Part shown: one piece after another, positions 51,616 through 61,990 of the stretch | How the letters are laid out: the number at the start of each line of letters is the position of its first letter | Position numbering within the stretch: the stretch's first letter is position 1 | NCBI GenBank assembly: GCA_042408215.1 | Contig: JAYFMW010000017.1 | Location: 224,001-288,000 of the forward strand | Reading direction: 5' to 3' | DNA length: 64,000 nucleotides | From: Microcoleus sp. | GTDB lineage: Bacteria > Cyanobacteriota > Cyanobacteriia > Cyanobacteriales > Microcoleaceae | Program-made: the position numbers and the translations under genes | Notes under the pieces: generated by a model | The model's database searches: none | What the model saw: the letters and a program-made list of their open reading frames with translations, nothing else | What the model was told of the DNA's origin: nothing

Positions 51616-51777
51616 ACTGATTCTCCTAAATTTATTAAATTTCAAGTTACACTAAACACTTTCATTGAATGTATAACTCAATAGTTTTTCGACCTCTACA
51701 GTATCACTCTTTACTGCGTTACTGCTTTAATCCTTAACAATTTGTAACTCGTCACCATCTGTTACCCTGTACGCAAA

Positions 51778-52097
51778 CAACCCTCCTCAGTTTTGCACCG
51801 GGGGTAAAAGCGCAGAACCTCTGCGCTTTTGATGGGGCGATCGCGTTGTACTATTAAACCCTTAGTTTTGCGCGGGGGTTTTGTCGGGGTGTTGAAGGTT
51901 AGCGCGATCGCGTTGTACTCTGTTGGGCAAAATGAAACCCTCAGTTTTACGCCGGGGGTAAAAGCGCAGAACCTCTGCGCTTTTGATGGGGCGGTTTTGA
52001 AGCGCGATCGCGTGTTCGGACGGACGAATAAACCCCCCTAGTTTTGCGCCGGGGGTAAAAGCGAAGTACGCTTCGCTTTTGGTGGGGGCGATCGCGT
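51778..52097. repeat. Array of four ~70-95-bp structured repeat units, each ending in HIP1
   Basis: ccc..agtttt.c.ccgggggt-aaaagcg(c/a)ag...ct(g/t)cgctttt...gcgatcgcgt. Confidence 0.85.
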
Positions 52098-52104
52098 CGA
52101 TGCA

Positions 52105-52398
52105 CAAAGCCTCGCGTTTGCACAGTTCTTGGAGGCCGGGAGTCCGTTGCAGTCTGGGGTCTACAATTTTGATGTCTACGGCCCAGCGGCCGAGACTTTG
52201 ACCTTGGTTTTTCCTGACGATGGCTACTCGCACGATCAGCCACAGCAGGATAAAAAATATGGTTTGGACGATCGGATTAGCGCCGAGAAGCAAGCTGGGC
52301 AGCCAAACGGCGATCGCGTCGATGCCTAAGGCACCGGCGCGACGGCCGATTGATACTTTGGGCTGGAGAGGAACTAGGTCGGAACTCATGGGCAAAAA
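52105..52398 (-). pseudogene. 294-bp duplicate of the 5' part of the RDD gene (direct repeat of 46203-46496)
   Basis: Sequences appear identical, offset 5902 bp. Confidence 0.92.
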
Positions 52399-52484
52399 GG
52401 GCGATCGCGACTAGCTACTTTTTTATCTTAAGCTCTGGAATAGTCGATCGGCATCAATCAACCGACAAGCCAACCCCTAATAAT

Positions 52485-52727
52485 TCAAGCCGAAAACGGA
52501 TCTTCGCCGACTCCCAACTGCTGTTTCGACTTCTCCACCTGTTGCCAAAGCGCGTCTATCTGAGTAAATGCCTGTTCCACTGACATTTTACCGTTAGATA
52601 CCAGAGCGCTAATATAACCCACGCGCTGGGTAAACTGTTGTAAATTCGCATTAAACACCAAATTCTCTGGCTTTACTTCACCGTAGTAGCGATTTTGGGG
52701 ATATAAAAAATTTGAAAGTGCTACCAT
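52485..52727 (-). CDS. Small conserved cyanobacterial protein
   Basis: FLYP..RYYGEVKPENLVFNANLQ.F.QRV.YI..L..NGK motif. Confidence 0.8.
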   Translation of the reverse strand: MVALSNFLYPQNRYYGEVKPENLVFNANLQQFTQRVGYISALVSNGKMSVEQAFTQIDALWQQVEKSKQQLGVGEDPFSA

Positions 52728-52983
52728 TGCTTTAACCTCAGATAAAAACTTATTTTCTTCATATATCAATACTATAAACTGCGCTTCCCTTCTAGAGGTG
52801 TGATGAAAGTAGCAAAATTTATGTGATCTTTTGTTACTTTTTGAGTGATGGCAATTACACACATATCTCCTCGGCAACAAAAAAATAAGCAATCGCAGTC
52901 CTTGACAAAGTGACACAAAAATTAAAAAATAGACATAACTACTGTTGTCAAAAATAGTTAGACTTTTTGTCAAAAACTGCGTA

Positions 52984-53838
52984 ATGTCTCCAAATGCGCG
53001 ATCGCCAAGTCCCAAACCCCCACTCAAGCAAGTTTTAATCAGACTTGCACTCGCAGTAATTGCTGCTTTCATCGTCATCAACATTCCTCACTCCTTAATT
53101 CCCGTGTTCAAAGAACCCGTATCCGAAGCGACGCCACCGCCGGAAATCCAAAACCTGCTCGCCGGTAAGCGCAAAATTGTGACTATTGGCGACAGCATCA
53201 CAGAAGCTGGGAAATATCCCGGAGGTTACGTTTGGCTGCTGGAACGCTATCTGAATGCTCTTTATCCCGAGCGCGCGATCGAAATCATCAACGCCGGAAT
53301 CTCCGGGCACAAAGCGACTGATATGCAAGCACGTTTCCAGAAAGACGTAATTGACAAAAAACCCGATTTAGTGATGATTAATGTCGGTGTCAACGACGTT
53401 TGGCACGCTTTCTTTGACTTCCAAAACCTGCAATTTTATCCCCAGGGAAACTTACCGACAGGAGTACCCTTGGCAAAATACCGAGAGAAATTAACTCAAA
53501 TGGTGGAAGCGGCTTCTTCAGCGGGAATTCGAGTTGTACTGCTTTCTCCTACTCCCATTCGCGAGGTTCTCGACGGCCCGGAAAACCGCCGATTGCAAGA
53601 GTATATCGCGGCGATGCGAGAAATTGGCTTGCAAAATAAGTGCTTATTTATCGACTTGAATGCACCTTTTCGGGAAGTGATCGGCACGTTTCAAAAGCAC
53701 GCCGGAAAGACTCTGAATTTGTTAGCAGCAGATGGAGTACACCCAAATCCGTCGGGGTATCGAATTATGGCTTTTACTATTTTGCGAGGTTTGGGAGTGC
53801 CACCAAAAGATCTTGAGAATTTGCAAGTCAAAAATTGA
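52984..53838 (+). CDS. SGNH/GDSL hydrolase with an N-terminal membrane anchor
   Basis: IGDSIT, NAGISG, GVND and DGVHP. Confidence 0.92.
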   Translation: MSPNARSPSPKPPLKQVLIRLALAVIAAFIVINIPHSLIPVFKEPVSEATPPPEIQNLLAGKRKIVTIGDSITEAGKYPGGYVWLLERYLNALYPERAIEIINAGISGHKATDMQARFQKDVIDKKPDLVMINVGVNDVWHAFFDFQNLQFYPQGNLPTGVPLAKYREKLTQMVEAASSAGIRVVLLSPTPIREVLDGPENRRLQEYIAAMREIGLQNKCLFIDLNAPFREVIGTFQKHAGKTLNLLAADGVHPNPSGYRIMAFTILRGLGVPPKDLENLQVKN

Positions 53839-53963
53839 ATTTTTGAATTCAGTTAACTGTTGACTGTTGGACTTACGCAAGGAAGCAATTTTGACAGTAA
53901 GGTGCGCCCATAAGCACCCTACAAGTAGAGTTTGTGCGTCTAGGAATATGGTATTATATTTTT

Positions 53964-54860
53964 TCATTCTGGCGGATGATAGCGTTTTAACCAACAGCTA
54001 CCAATAATAACCAACGCAACCACAACGATAATTTCCGTCCAAAAAAACGACAGGAAATCACTTGCAGTCCCCACTGGCGGCACTCCCGGTTGAGCGTTGC
54101 GAATCGCCGGAAAAGCAAACAGCATCACAGCGGTCCAACTTAGCATTCCAACTTCCGGCAACTTACCCGATTTCATCACTTTTAATGCTAGCAGCAAGGC
54201 CATAATTGACAGTACCCACATAATTATGATAATCACTAAAGCAAAAAATTTCACCGGGAGCGATCGCGTTGTATAGACATCTATATAAATAAAGATAGAA
54301 GAATTTTCTGCCATCGGCTTGTAAGTGATATCGAAACCGGGAACATCAGCATCAAACTTAAATACTAGCGGCACTGGTTTGAGTTCAAAAGGAGCAAACT
54401 TTTTCCGAATCGAAGGCAGCGGATCGATGGAAATAGCGACTCTCGCCATGTGTCTATCAAACGGATAATTATTAGTTTTTCCCTCCACTAAGTTGAACTT
54501 TAAAGCAGGGACAATCATCGGTTTACCTTCTTTAAAGGTAATTTCTGAATCTGCTATATTTGCACCGTTAACTGTCATTAACAAATCTTGAGCCGGGTAG
54601 GTAGGCCCTTTTTTGTAAATGCCTTTGAGTTCAAATTCTAAACGGGCTTCTACTTCGTTTTTAACTGGATCGACTCCGATCGCAGTCATTTTAACTTCTA
54701 CTAAGCCTGTGGGAGCCGGAGAGCTATCTGGAGATGGGCTGTAAGGCTCTTGGGCCTTAGCCATTTGAGAGTAAATAGATAAAATAATTGCAAAAATTAC
54801 GATCGCGCTGCCAATTAAAATAAATATTTTTTTAATATTGTTTCTGTTGACAATTTGCAT
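53964..54860 (-). CDS. DUF4436-like membrane protein
   Basis: NYPFDRH and MLFAFPAIRNAQPGVPPVG..SD. Confidence 0.75.
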   Translation of the reverse strand: MQIVNRNNIKKIFILIGSAIVIFAIILSIYSQMAKAQEPYSPSPDSSPAPTGLVEVKMTAIGVDPVKNEVEARLEFELKGIYKKGPTYPAQDLLMTVNGANIADSEITFKEGKPMIVPALKFNLVEGKTNNYPFDRHMARVAISIDPLPSIRKKFAPFELKPVPLVFKFDADVPGFDITYKPMAENSSIFIYIDVYTTRSLPVKFFALVIIIIMWVLSIMALLLALKVMKSGKLPEVGMLSWTAVMLFAFPAIRNAQPGVPPVGTASDFLSFFWTEIIVVVALVIIGSCWLKRYHPPE

Positions 54861-54890
54861 TGATTATGAGTATAAAATATTAAGTTTATT

Positions 54891-55028
54891 GTGGGGTGGG
54901 CATCTTGCCCGCCCAGAAACCGGGTTTTTTTACGAATACTTCGTTACCGCCGGCAGATTCGGCAAAAAACCCGGTTTCTTTCGTCGGAGTGCGTCCAGGA
55001 ATGAACGGGAAAGATGCCCACCCCACAA
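54891..55028. repeat. Nested REP/MITE
   Basis: gtggggtgggcatctt...aagatgcccaccccac encloses agaaaccgggttttt...aaaaacccggtttct. Confidence 0.75.
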
Positions 55029-55039
55029 CAGATAAAGAA

Positions 55040-56560
55040 TTAAGGAAGCAATACATTTGACGTAAAACTTCCGTGCAAACCGTAGGGAATATGATTTTTT
55101 AAATGCAGCCGCGCTACAGGGCCTTTGGTGATATCGCGAGCATCTAAAATTACTAAGCTCGATCGATGTTTTGCCGCATCATACATTAACATGAGCAACC
55201 AACCATCATCCTCAGCCGTTGCGGTGTCAGGCGTTGCAGTGTCAGGCGACACGCCTAATCCACGGGGAACAAATACCGGTTCCCCAGCAAAACCGCGCGG
55301 TGCCGCACTCCAAATTTGCTGCTCTCCCGTCAAGAAATCTACTTTAAGAATAGCTTGTAAAGGAGCATTACCCGTCGGAGCATCAGCAGCACCAATGTAC
55401 AGATACCGATAAGGTTGTCCGACATGATTTGGATGCAAAGTTGGAAACTCGCAGCACCGACTTTCGACAACTTGATGCTGCACGGTTTTGTCTTGCACAT
55501 TCAACTTGAACCGCCACAATTCACCGGCGGGTATACTGTCAAAATTAATCTCGCGAAAATCACCATCTGGCCCGACATTGGGGAATGATTCGTAGCAAAC
55601 TGAATCTACAAAAACTTCGTCTCCTTCTTCCCATGCGTTGCAGTGGTGGAAAACAAAACAAGGTTCAGTTTCTAGGATTTGTACTTCGTCGGTGCCGTTG
55701 CGAGGAATCAAAATTGCTTGCGTCGGCTTGTCTGGCGAAAATTGAATGCACTGGGAAGCACTCCGCATTCCTAACACAAAAGGTAGAGGATTGAAGGAGA
55801 CGGGATTTTGGAAGAATATGCAGTAATTTGGGGTCACTACCATATCGTGCAGAAATGCAAACCCCGGAATTGTATGGGCGTGATTTTGCAAAAGTTTGCC
55901 GCTTTCGTCGAGTTCATAAATGGTGATTGTACTCGACAAACCTGGTTTTACAGAAAAGTTGATTAGTCTGTCTCCGGCTCCATTTTTGCCCTTTTCAATT
56001 CTGGGGTGAGCAGCGAAGGGTTCACCTGGTTGCAATATCCCGTCTAGGGTATCTAAACCTATGGTTTCTAAGGTGCAAGGGTCGAGTCTGTAGGGTTCTG
56101 CTGCTTCCCAAAGTGCTAAGAGTTTTTCTCCCCAATATATGATGTTGGTGTTGGCAATGTTTTTGATTTTGAGGTCAAAGATATTATTTAGCCAGCCTCC
56201 TGCTTTCTGTGTGCCGAAAACGCCTCGGTGGAGGATTTTTCCGGCTGTTTGTTCTGCTAAATAGCCTTCGGTGTGGACGAATCGGTTGCGGAAGTGGGCG
56301 CGCCCGTCGGAAATTGCGATCGCACAAACCATCCCATCACCATCAAAGGGGTGGTGGATGCGCTCGCCGTTGATATCTAGCAAGCCAGGCCCGTTGCGAA
56401 AGAATGTGCCTTGTAAGTCGGCGGGGATTTCGCCTTCTATGTCGTCAATCCAATAATCGGATTCGTTGGGTTGGGATTCGTAGCCGCGCTGCCAGTCTGT
56501 GCGATCGTATGATAAGTTTTGGGCTGCTGTTTTGGTTTGGGAAGTTTCTATGTTTTGCAT
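55040..56560 (-). CDS. Carotenoid cleavage oxygenase (apocarotenoid oxygenase-like)
   Basis: RNGPG, HPFDGDGM, FAAHP, FLHDM, VFHH and IPYGLHGSF (four Fe-binding His). Confidence 0.93.
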   Translation of the reverse strand: MQNIETSQTKTAAQNLSYDRTDWQRGYESQPNESDYWIDDIEGEIPADLQGTFFRNGPGLLDINGERIHHPFDGDGMVCAIAISDGRAHFRNRFVHTEGYLAEQTAGKILHRGVFGTQKAGGWLNNIFDLKIKNIANTNIIYWGEKLLALWEAAEPYRLDPCTLETIGLDTLDGILQPGEPFAAHPRIEKGKNGAGDRLINFSVKPGLSSTITIYELDESGKLLQNHAHTIPGFAFLHDMVVTPNYCIFFQNPVSFNPLPFVLGMRSASQCIQFSPDKPTQAILIPRNGTDEVQILETEPCFVFHHCNAWEEGDEVFVDSVCYESFPNVGPDGDFREINFDSIPAGELWRFKLNVQDKTVQHQVVESRCCEFPTLHPNHVGQPYRYLYIGAADAPTGNAPLQAILKVDFLTGEQQIWSAAPRGFAGEPVFVPRGLGVSPDTATPDTATAEDDGWLLMLMYDAAKHRSSLVILDARDITKGPVARLHLKNHIPYGLHGSFTSNVLLP

Positions 56561-56731
56561 TGGTAGAATAAGCTTTTATTGATTTAACCGCAGAGAGCAC
56601 AGAGGGCGCAGAGAGAAAGAAAAGATATCAAAATATCACAAGTTCAATATCTTTCTTCCTTCTTTCTTTCTTTCTTTCTTTCTTTCTTTCAATCCGTTAC
56701 ATCCCTTAGATTGCCAGTTGCCGAACTTCCT

Positions 56732-58186
56732 TCATTTGCTATCTTGGCTGCGGGATTCTGACCTTAATGTTGGCACTAAGTCGGGAAAGTATTCGGGCAT
56801 GAAATGCTGTCCGCCTGGTTTGGAACTGCCCATTTCTGGTTCTAATACGGGGAGAGACTGTCGATAGTTTGGATCGTCGCTTTCTGTACTTTCAGCGGGC
56901 AGCCAACCTAGGAATGGTAGGGGCAGAAGTGTGGACAGGTTGGTGATGACTACTAGCAGCCAGAGGTTGTCGAAATTGCGATCGGTAATTCCCAGCCAGT
57001 GAGTCAAAACTGCACCGAATTCGTAGGACAAAAGTCCGGCTAAATTGGTGATGGACATCAGCAGGGCAAATAAAGTTGCTTCGACGCCACGGGGACACAA
57101 TCGCGCCGAGAGTACCAGCACTGGCATATAAGCAATTTGCCCGATCACTGTTAAGATGAGGCTGTCTCCGATGCTGAACCACTGGTCGTCAATTCCTAAA
57201 GTTCGGTTGGTGTGAGTTACTAATAGTAAAGTTGTCAATCCCAAGGCAGTTGCAATGACTGTTGACCAGCCGAAAATTACTCGAAATGGAATTGTTTTGA
57301 GGAAGTGCTGAAACAGCCAGATACCGACGAGGGCGGCAATGCTGGTAACGAGGCGCACTCGGCCGAGAAATTCGGGTTGAAAGCCTAGTTCGTTGGTGGT
57401 GAAAAAGAAGAAGGCGGAGTCGGAAGTTGGGGTGGCTTGCCACAGGAATAGAAAGGCTGTTGGTAACCAAATTGTTTTTTGGGTAACAGCTTGCCGCAGT
57501 TGTTTTAATTGGTCTTTGACAGTTTCAAAGTCGGTTTTTTTGTGGGTTTTTTCTTCGGCAATTAACCAGGCTGTTGCTGATACGATTAGTGGGAAAGATG
57601 CCGTGATTAAAAAGATGGTGTGGGTGCTGAAGTTTTGGAGCAGGGAACCGCTGAGGTAGGCGGTGATTAGTCCGCCGAGGGCTGATGCGCCCCAGGATAG
57701 GGATTGCAGGGAACCGGCATCGGTAACGGATTCTTTGCGGGCTCTTTCGACTACTAGGGAGTCGGCGATGACGTCGCTGACGGCTAGGGAAAGGGAACTA
57801 AGGGCGATCGCCCCTGTAGCGGCCAAGGGCGTGTGTACTATTGTGGCTAGGGCAACCCATGCTGACGTACCCAACAGCCCGGAGAGGACGATGTAAGGGC
57901 GTCTGCGGTAGCCGAATATCGGCAATCCGTCGGACATGAAGCCGAATAGGGGTTTGATAATCCAAGGTAGGGCGACGACGCCCAGCATTGCTGAGACTTC
58001 GGCGGGGCTCATGCCGAGTTCGTCTTTGAGGAAGAAGCTGACGGCTAAGCGGGCTAGTCCGAGAATGCCTTGGACGAAGTAAATCAGTAAGATGGCTATG
58101 AGTTCGGGGGTTGGCTCATTCCCAAAGAATACTTTTTCTTTTAAGGATTCTTTGAGTTTGCTGACGCCGGATGGGGAAACGAGCAT
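56732..58186 (-). CDS. Folate/biopterin (FBT) family MFS transporter
   Basis: YFVQGILGLARLAVSFFLKD, SDGLPIFGYRRRPY and LCPRGVEATLFALLMS. Confidence 0.92.
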   Translation of the reverse strand: MLVSPSGVSKLKESLKEKVFFGNEPTPELIAILLIYFVQGILGLARLAVSFFLKDELGMSPAEVSAMLGVVALPWIIKPLFGFMSDGLPIFGYRRRPYIVLSGLLGTSAWVALATIVHTPLAATGAIALSSLSLAVSDVIADSLVVERARKESVTDAGSLQSLSWGASALGGLITAYLSGSLLQNFSTHTIFLITASFPLIVSATAWLIAEEKTHKKTDFETVKDQLKQLRQAVTQKTIWLPTAFLFLWQATPTSDSAFFFFTTNELGFQPEFLGRVRLVTSIAALVGIWLFQHFLKTIPFRVIFGWSTVIATALGLTTLLLVTHTNRTLGIDDQWFSIGDSLILTVIGQIAYMPVLVLSARLCPRGVEATLFALLMSITNLAGLLSYEFGAVLTHWLGITDRNFDNLWLLVVITNLSTLLPLPFLGWLPAESTESDDPNYRQSLPVLEPEMGSSKPGGQHFMPEYFPDLVPTLRSESRSQDSK

Positions 58187-58458
58187 TTGAGCAATATTTC
58201 TTAATGAATCTCAATATTTATAACACACTCTGTAGTGGAAGGGTAACAAAAGGAGGTGGGATGCGAGAGTGACGGGGAGTTTTCAATGGTAGATTTTTTC
58301 GATTCCGGGCGAGGAAAAGGAGGGGGGAGAATGGAAAAAATATTCGATCGCTCTCTGTAGACGGCACTGATGCGCCCGCTGAGCTGTTGGCCAGAAATAA
58401 ACATCATGTTTCGCATTGGCCTGCTGTAATTTGTGACCAATAATTTCAAAGGTGGTAC

Positions 58459-58536
58459 AAGCCCCCGGATTTATCCGTGGAATCAATCCAAAATCCCAAA
58501 TCTAAAATCCTCAAGCCCCCGCATTTATACGTGGGG
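58459..58536. repeat. Two REP-like hairpins resembling IS200/IS605 ends, set within STRR heptamers
   Basis: aagcccccggatttatccgtgg and aagcccccgcatttatacgtgggg. Confidence 0.6.
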
Positions 58537-58824
58537 TAAATCTAAAATCTAAAATCTAAAATCTAAAATCGATTGACCAGGTGGCTCTCTGGCTTCTAAG
58601 TCTTTAACTTTGGCGATCGCACTTTACACAGCCTATTTCAGCATAATTTTAATTACCAACAATGACTTGACTGTTCGATATTAGTATCAATTAAAACCTA
58701 AAATTGACGTGAGTTCGATAAAAATTTCTGTTCAGATAAATTATGAAAGCTTCAGGCTAACAACCTCTAGGAAAAACCCTAGCTTTCAACTTTCCGTCGA
58801 ACTCACGTACAATCAATTGCCTGA

Positions 58825-61509
58825 CTAGATAGAGAACACCTTGCAGAGAGGTTCAGTATTGACTAATCCTGAATGCTCAAGTTGCAACCCAGTTCCCTGA
58901 CCACAAACCTGAAGATTATTCAATCTGTATGACTCTAAAGTTCCAGAGGAACGGGATTCACCAAAGGAAGACAACCTTACACTTAATAGGCAATCTTTCC
59001 CTGGGCTACGCAACTTTTGCTCTCCCTGGTTTCCTATTACAAAGTCATTCAACTCATCATCGTCATTAGCCCCGGAAACAGAAGTGCAAATAGGTACTAG
59101 AGTTTGCCTTGGGTTGGCAATCAGCGATCGGTTGTCCATAGTAGGTGTTTGACAATTCTGACGATCGCGGACTTGATTTTTGCTCGGGCAAATTAGAGGA
59201 TCATATCCATCCTCACGATCGTCGTCGGCGATCGAAATCGGAATAGATACTGGCGCTGATGTCGGCCGATCGATCGGCGTTTCCGTTGGCTGGCAATTGC
59301 CGACTATGCGTTTCCGAGTTGGTGTCGCCGTCCAGATCGGTGTCCGCGTCGGTGTGTGCATCGGCATCGGCATCGGCATCGGCATCGGCATCGGTATCGG
59401 TGTCGGCATCGGTGTCGGTGTCACAAACTGTGTCACAAGCTGTGTCACAAGCTGTGTCACAAGCTGTGTCGGTGTCGTCACAATCGGCGTCACAATCGGT
59501 GTCACAATCGGTGTCGGCGTCGTCACAATCGGGGTAGCGGTCGGCGTCGTCACAATCGGTGTAGCCGTCGTTGTCTCAACAATCGGGGTAGCCGTCGGCG
59601 TCGTCACAATCGGGGTAGCCGTCGGTGTCTCAACAATCGGGGTAGCCGTCGTTGTCGTCACAATCGGGGTAGCCGTCGTTGTCTCAACAATCGGTGTCGT
59701 TGTCTCAACAATCGGGGTAGCCGTCGGCGTTGTCACAATCGGTGTCGTTGTCTCAACAATCGGGGTAGCCGTCGGTATCGTCACAATCGGCGTCGTTGTC
59801 TCAAGAATCGGGGTAGCTGTCGGTGTCTCAACAATCGGCGTCGTCACAATCGGCGTCGTCACAATCGGCGTCATCACAATCGGGGTAGCTGTCGGTGTCT
59901 CAACAATCGGCGTCGTCACAATCGGCGTCGTCACAATCGGCGTCGTCACAATCGGTGTCGTTGTCTCAACAATCGGCGTCGTCACAATCGGCGTCGTCAC
60001 AATCGGCGTCGTCACAATCGGTGTCGTTGTCTCAACAATCGGCGTCGTCACAATCGGTGTCGTTGTCTCAACAATCGGCGTCGTCACAATCGGCGTCGTC
60101 ACAATCGGCGTCGTCACAATCGGTGTCGTCACAATCGGTGTCGTTGTCTCAACAATCGGCGTCGTCACAATCGGCGTCGTCACAATCGGGGTAGCCGTCG
60201 GTGTCTCAACAATCGGGGTAGCCGTCGTTGTCTCAACAATCGGGGTAGCCGTCGGTATCGTCACAATCGGTGTCGTCACAATCGGCGTCGTCACAATCGG
60301 GGTAGCCGTCGGTATCGTCACAATCGGCGTCGTCACAATCGGCGTCGTCACAATCGGGGTAGCCGTCGTTGTCTCAACAATCGGGGTAGCCGTCGGCGTC
60401 GTCACAATCGGGGTAGCTGTCGGCGTCTCAACAATCGGCGTCGTCACAATCGGCGTCTCAACAATCGGCGTAGCCGTCGGTGCAATATTGACTGTAAATG
60501 TTCCCAAATTGCCAGCTACACCAAAATTGTTAACCGTGTCGCTTACTTGCTGAGCTTGTAGTTGTATTGTGTAAATGCCATTATCTGCCGTATCCCAAGC
60601 ATCACCAGGGGGAGTAAATGAGTAAGTGGCGGTGCGGGGAGTGCCATTACCTAGAGGCGTGAAATTTACTAGAGTTGCCGGTTGGCTTTTGCCATCGGGC
60701 CCAGCGACGAGGATATCATTACTATCTAAGCTAGTAACGTTGACGGCTGTATTGTCGCTGTAGGTAACAGTGAAATTGTAATTAGTCCCACCTGCTGTGT
60801 TGATATTGGTTAAGCTGGTAGAAGCGATCGGCAAAGTGAAGTCGGAACTCCAAGTATTGCTAGCATTTGTATTCAGAGAATTGCCAGCCAAGTCGGCGAT
60901 ACCAGAACCAGTAGCAGTGAGGGAGAGTTGGTAATTGCCATCGCTACTGGTTAATCCCGTCAGGTTATCTAACGTCCAGTTAGTATTGTTCCTAGTGCTT
61001 AGGGTAGCCCCTGCGAGGGGAACGGGTACTCCATTTTGAGTCAGACTTAAATCGGCTATGTCAAAGCCTGTTACAGGTTCACTGAAAGTAATGGGAATTG
61101 TACTGACACTACTGTTGCGCGGATCGGGAGTAATTGGGTCAAAGGTGACAGTGGGGAGAGTTTTATCCACTGTATAAGTCTCTCCTGTAAAGTCGCCGTT
61201 GCCTTCACCGTTCCCTCCTAATGGGACAAATAGGGAATTATTAATCGAATCATCATCGACGATATTTAATCCTAGGATGCCATCACCAGTGCCCGTGTTA
61301 ACACTTACATTGTAGGTGTTGTCGATACCTGTCACTCCAGTGATACTTGCACCCGTTGGCCCTGTAGATGTCAGGCTAAAGTCTGTGGGATCTACTCCAC
61401 TCACATTCTCATTAAAGGTGACGGTGTAGTTGACATTATTTGATTGAGTTGGGTTGGGGTCGGCAAGTTTGATGTCACTGACTGTGGGGTTGTTGGATAT
61501 AAAACTCAC
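58825..61509 (-). CDS. Surface protein with Ig-like domains, a long Thr/Pro repeat stalk and a degenerate C-terminus
   Basis: YTVTFNENVSGVD..DF and ITFSEPVTGFD..DL Big-like domains; TTPIV/ETPTAT repeats. Confidence 0.75.
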   Translation of the reverse strand: MSFISNNPTVSDIKLADPNPTQSNNVNYTVTFNENVSGVDPTDFSLTSTGPTGASITGVTGIDNTYNVSVNTGTGDGILGLNIVDDDSINNSLFVPLGGNGEGNGDFTGETYTVDKTLPTVTFDPITPDPRNSSVSTIPITFSEPVTGFDIADLSLTQNGVPVPLAGATLSTRNNTNWTLDNLTGLTSSDGNYQLSLTATGSGIADLAGNSLNTNASNTWSSDFTLPIASTSLTNINTAGGTNYNFTVTYSDNTAVNVTSLDSNDILVAGPDGKSQPATLVNFTPLGNGTPRTATYSFTPPGDAWDTADNGIYTIQLQAQQVSDTVNNFGVAGNLGTFTVNIAPTATPIVETPIVTTPIVETPTATPIVTTPTATPIVETTTATPIVTTPIVTTPIVTIPTATPIVTTPIVTTPIVTIPTATPIVETTTATPIVETPTATPIVTTPIVTTPIVETTTPIVTTPIVTTPIVTTPIVTTPIVETTTPIVTTPIVETTTPIVTTPIVTTPIVTTPIVETTTPIVTTPIVTTPIVTTPIVETPTATPIVMTPIVTTPIVTTPIVETPTATPILETTTPIVTIPTATPIVETTTPIVTTPTATPIVETTTPIVETTTATPIVTTTTATPIVETPTATPIVTTPTATPIVETTTATPIVTTPTATPIVTTPTPIVTPIVTPIVTTPTQLVTQLVTQLVTQFVTPTPMPTPIPMPMPMPMPMPMHTPTRTPIWTATPTRKRIVGNCQPTETPIDRPTSAPVSIPISIADDDREDGYDPLICPSKNQVRDRQNCQTPTMDNRSLIANPRQTLVPICTSVSGANDDDELNDFVIGNQGEQKLRSPGKDCLLSVRLSSFGESRSSGTLESYRLNNLQVCGQGTGLQLEHSGLVNTEPLCKVFSI
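59340..60480. repeat. Coding microsatellite-like tract built from 15-, 21- and 24-bp units (acaatcggcgtcgtc core)
   Basis: Directly visible; stop-free in several frames. Confidence 0.95.
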
Positions 61510-61763
61510 TGTTTTTCTCCCTGTATTTTATAGTTTATTTGATCGCACTTAGCCATGTTAGCATTGCAATTGCATTCAGTCAAACGATCGATCGATCCCA
61601 TATTGCTCACACTCATTTTTTTTTACATAAATGGTATCTAGGTTAAGAGCAATATCAGGAAGATTTCTCGATATTTGGGATAATTTCGCTGAATTTCCCA
61701 ATTTTGAGCATATGGTGATGTATTCTCTTTCTCTGCATCCTGTAATCAAGCCAGAGACACCAC

Positions 61764-61990
61764 CTAAGACAGCGGAATTTCAACGCTCAACTCGGTTCCT
61801 TCTCCTGCTGCTGAGTTACATTCAAGCGTGCCGCCGTGCTTTGCGGCGACAATCCAGTGCGAAATAGATAATCCTAATCCGGTACCTTTTGCTGCTGGTT
61901 GTCAACAAGGGCGACAGCAATTTCGATCGCACTTCTTCTGTCATAGCGGGGCCATTGTCAATAATCGAGATAGCAAGGCGATCGAACTTG
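61764..61990 (-). pseudogene. Remnant of a histidine kinase HATPase_c domain
   Basis: ISIIDNGPAMTEEVRSKLLSPLLTT, then after a frameshift KGTGLGLSISHWIV..KHGGTLECNS..GEGTE. Confidence 0.75.

Noticed and set aside
51778..52097. CRISPR or integron attC interpretation
   Set aside because: Unit and linker lengths are irregular, no cas or integrase gene is present, and no clear RYYYAAC/GTTRRRY boxes were seen
51862..52395. 177-aa RDD-like ORF as a real gene
   Set aside because: Chimera of the duplicated RDD 5' fragment and read-through into the repeat array
59180..60561. Long + strand ORFs (457 aa Val/Thr/Gly-rich and 401 aa Arg/His-rich)
   Set aside because: Shadow frames of the repeat inside the minus-strand surface protein
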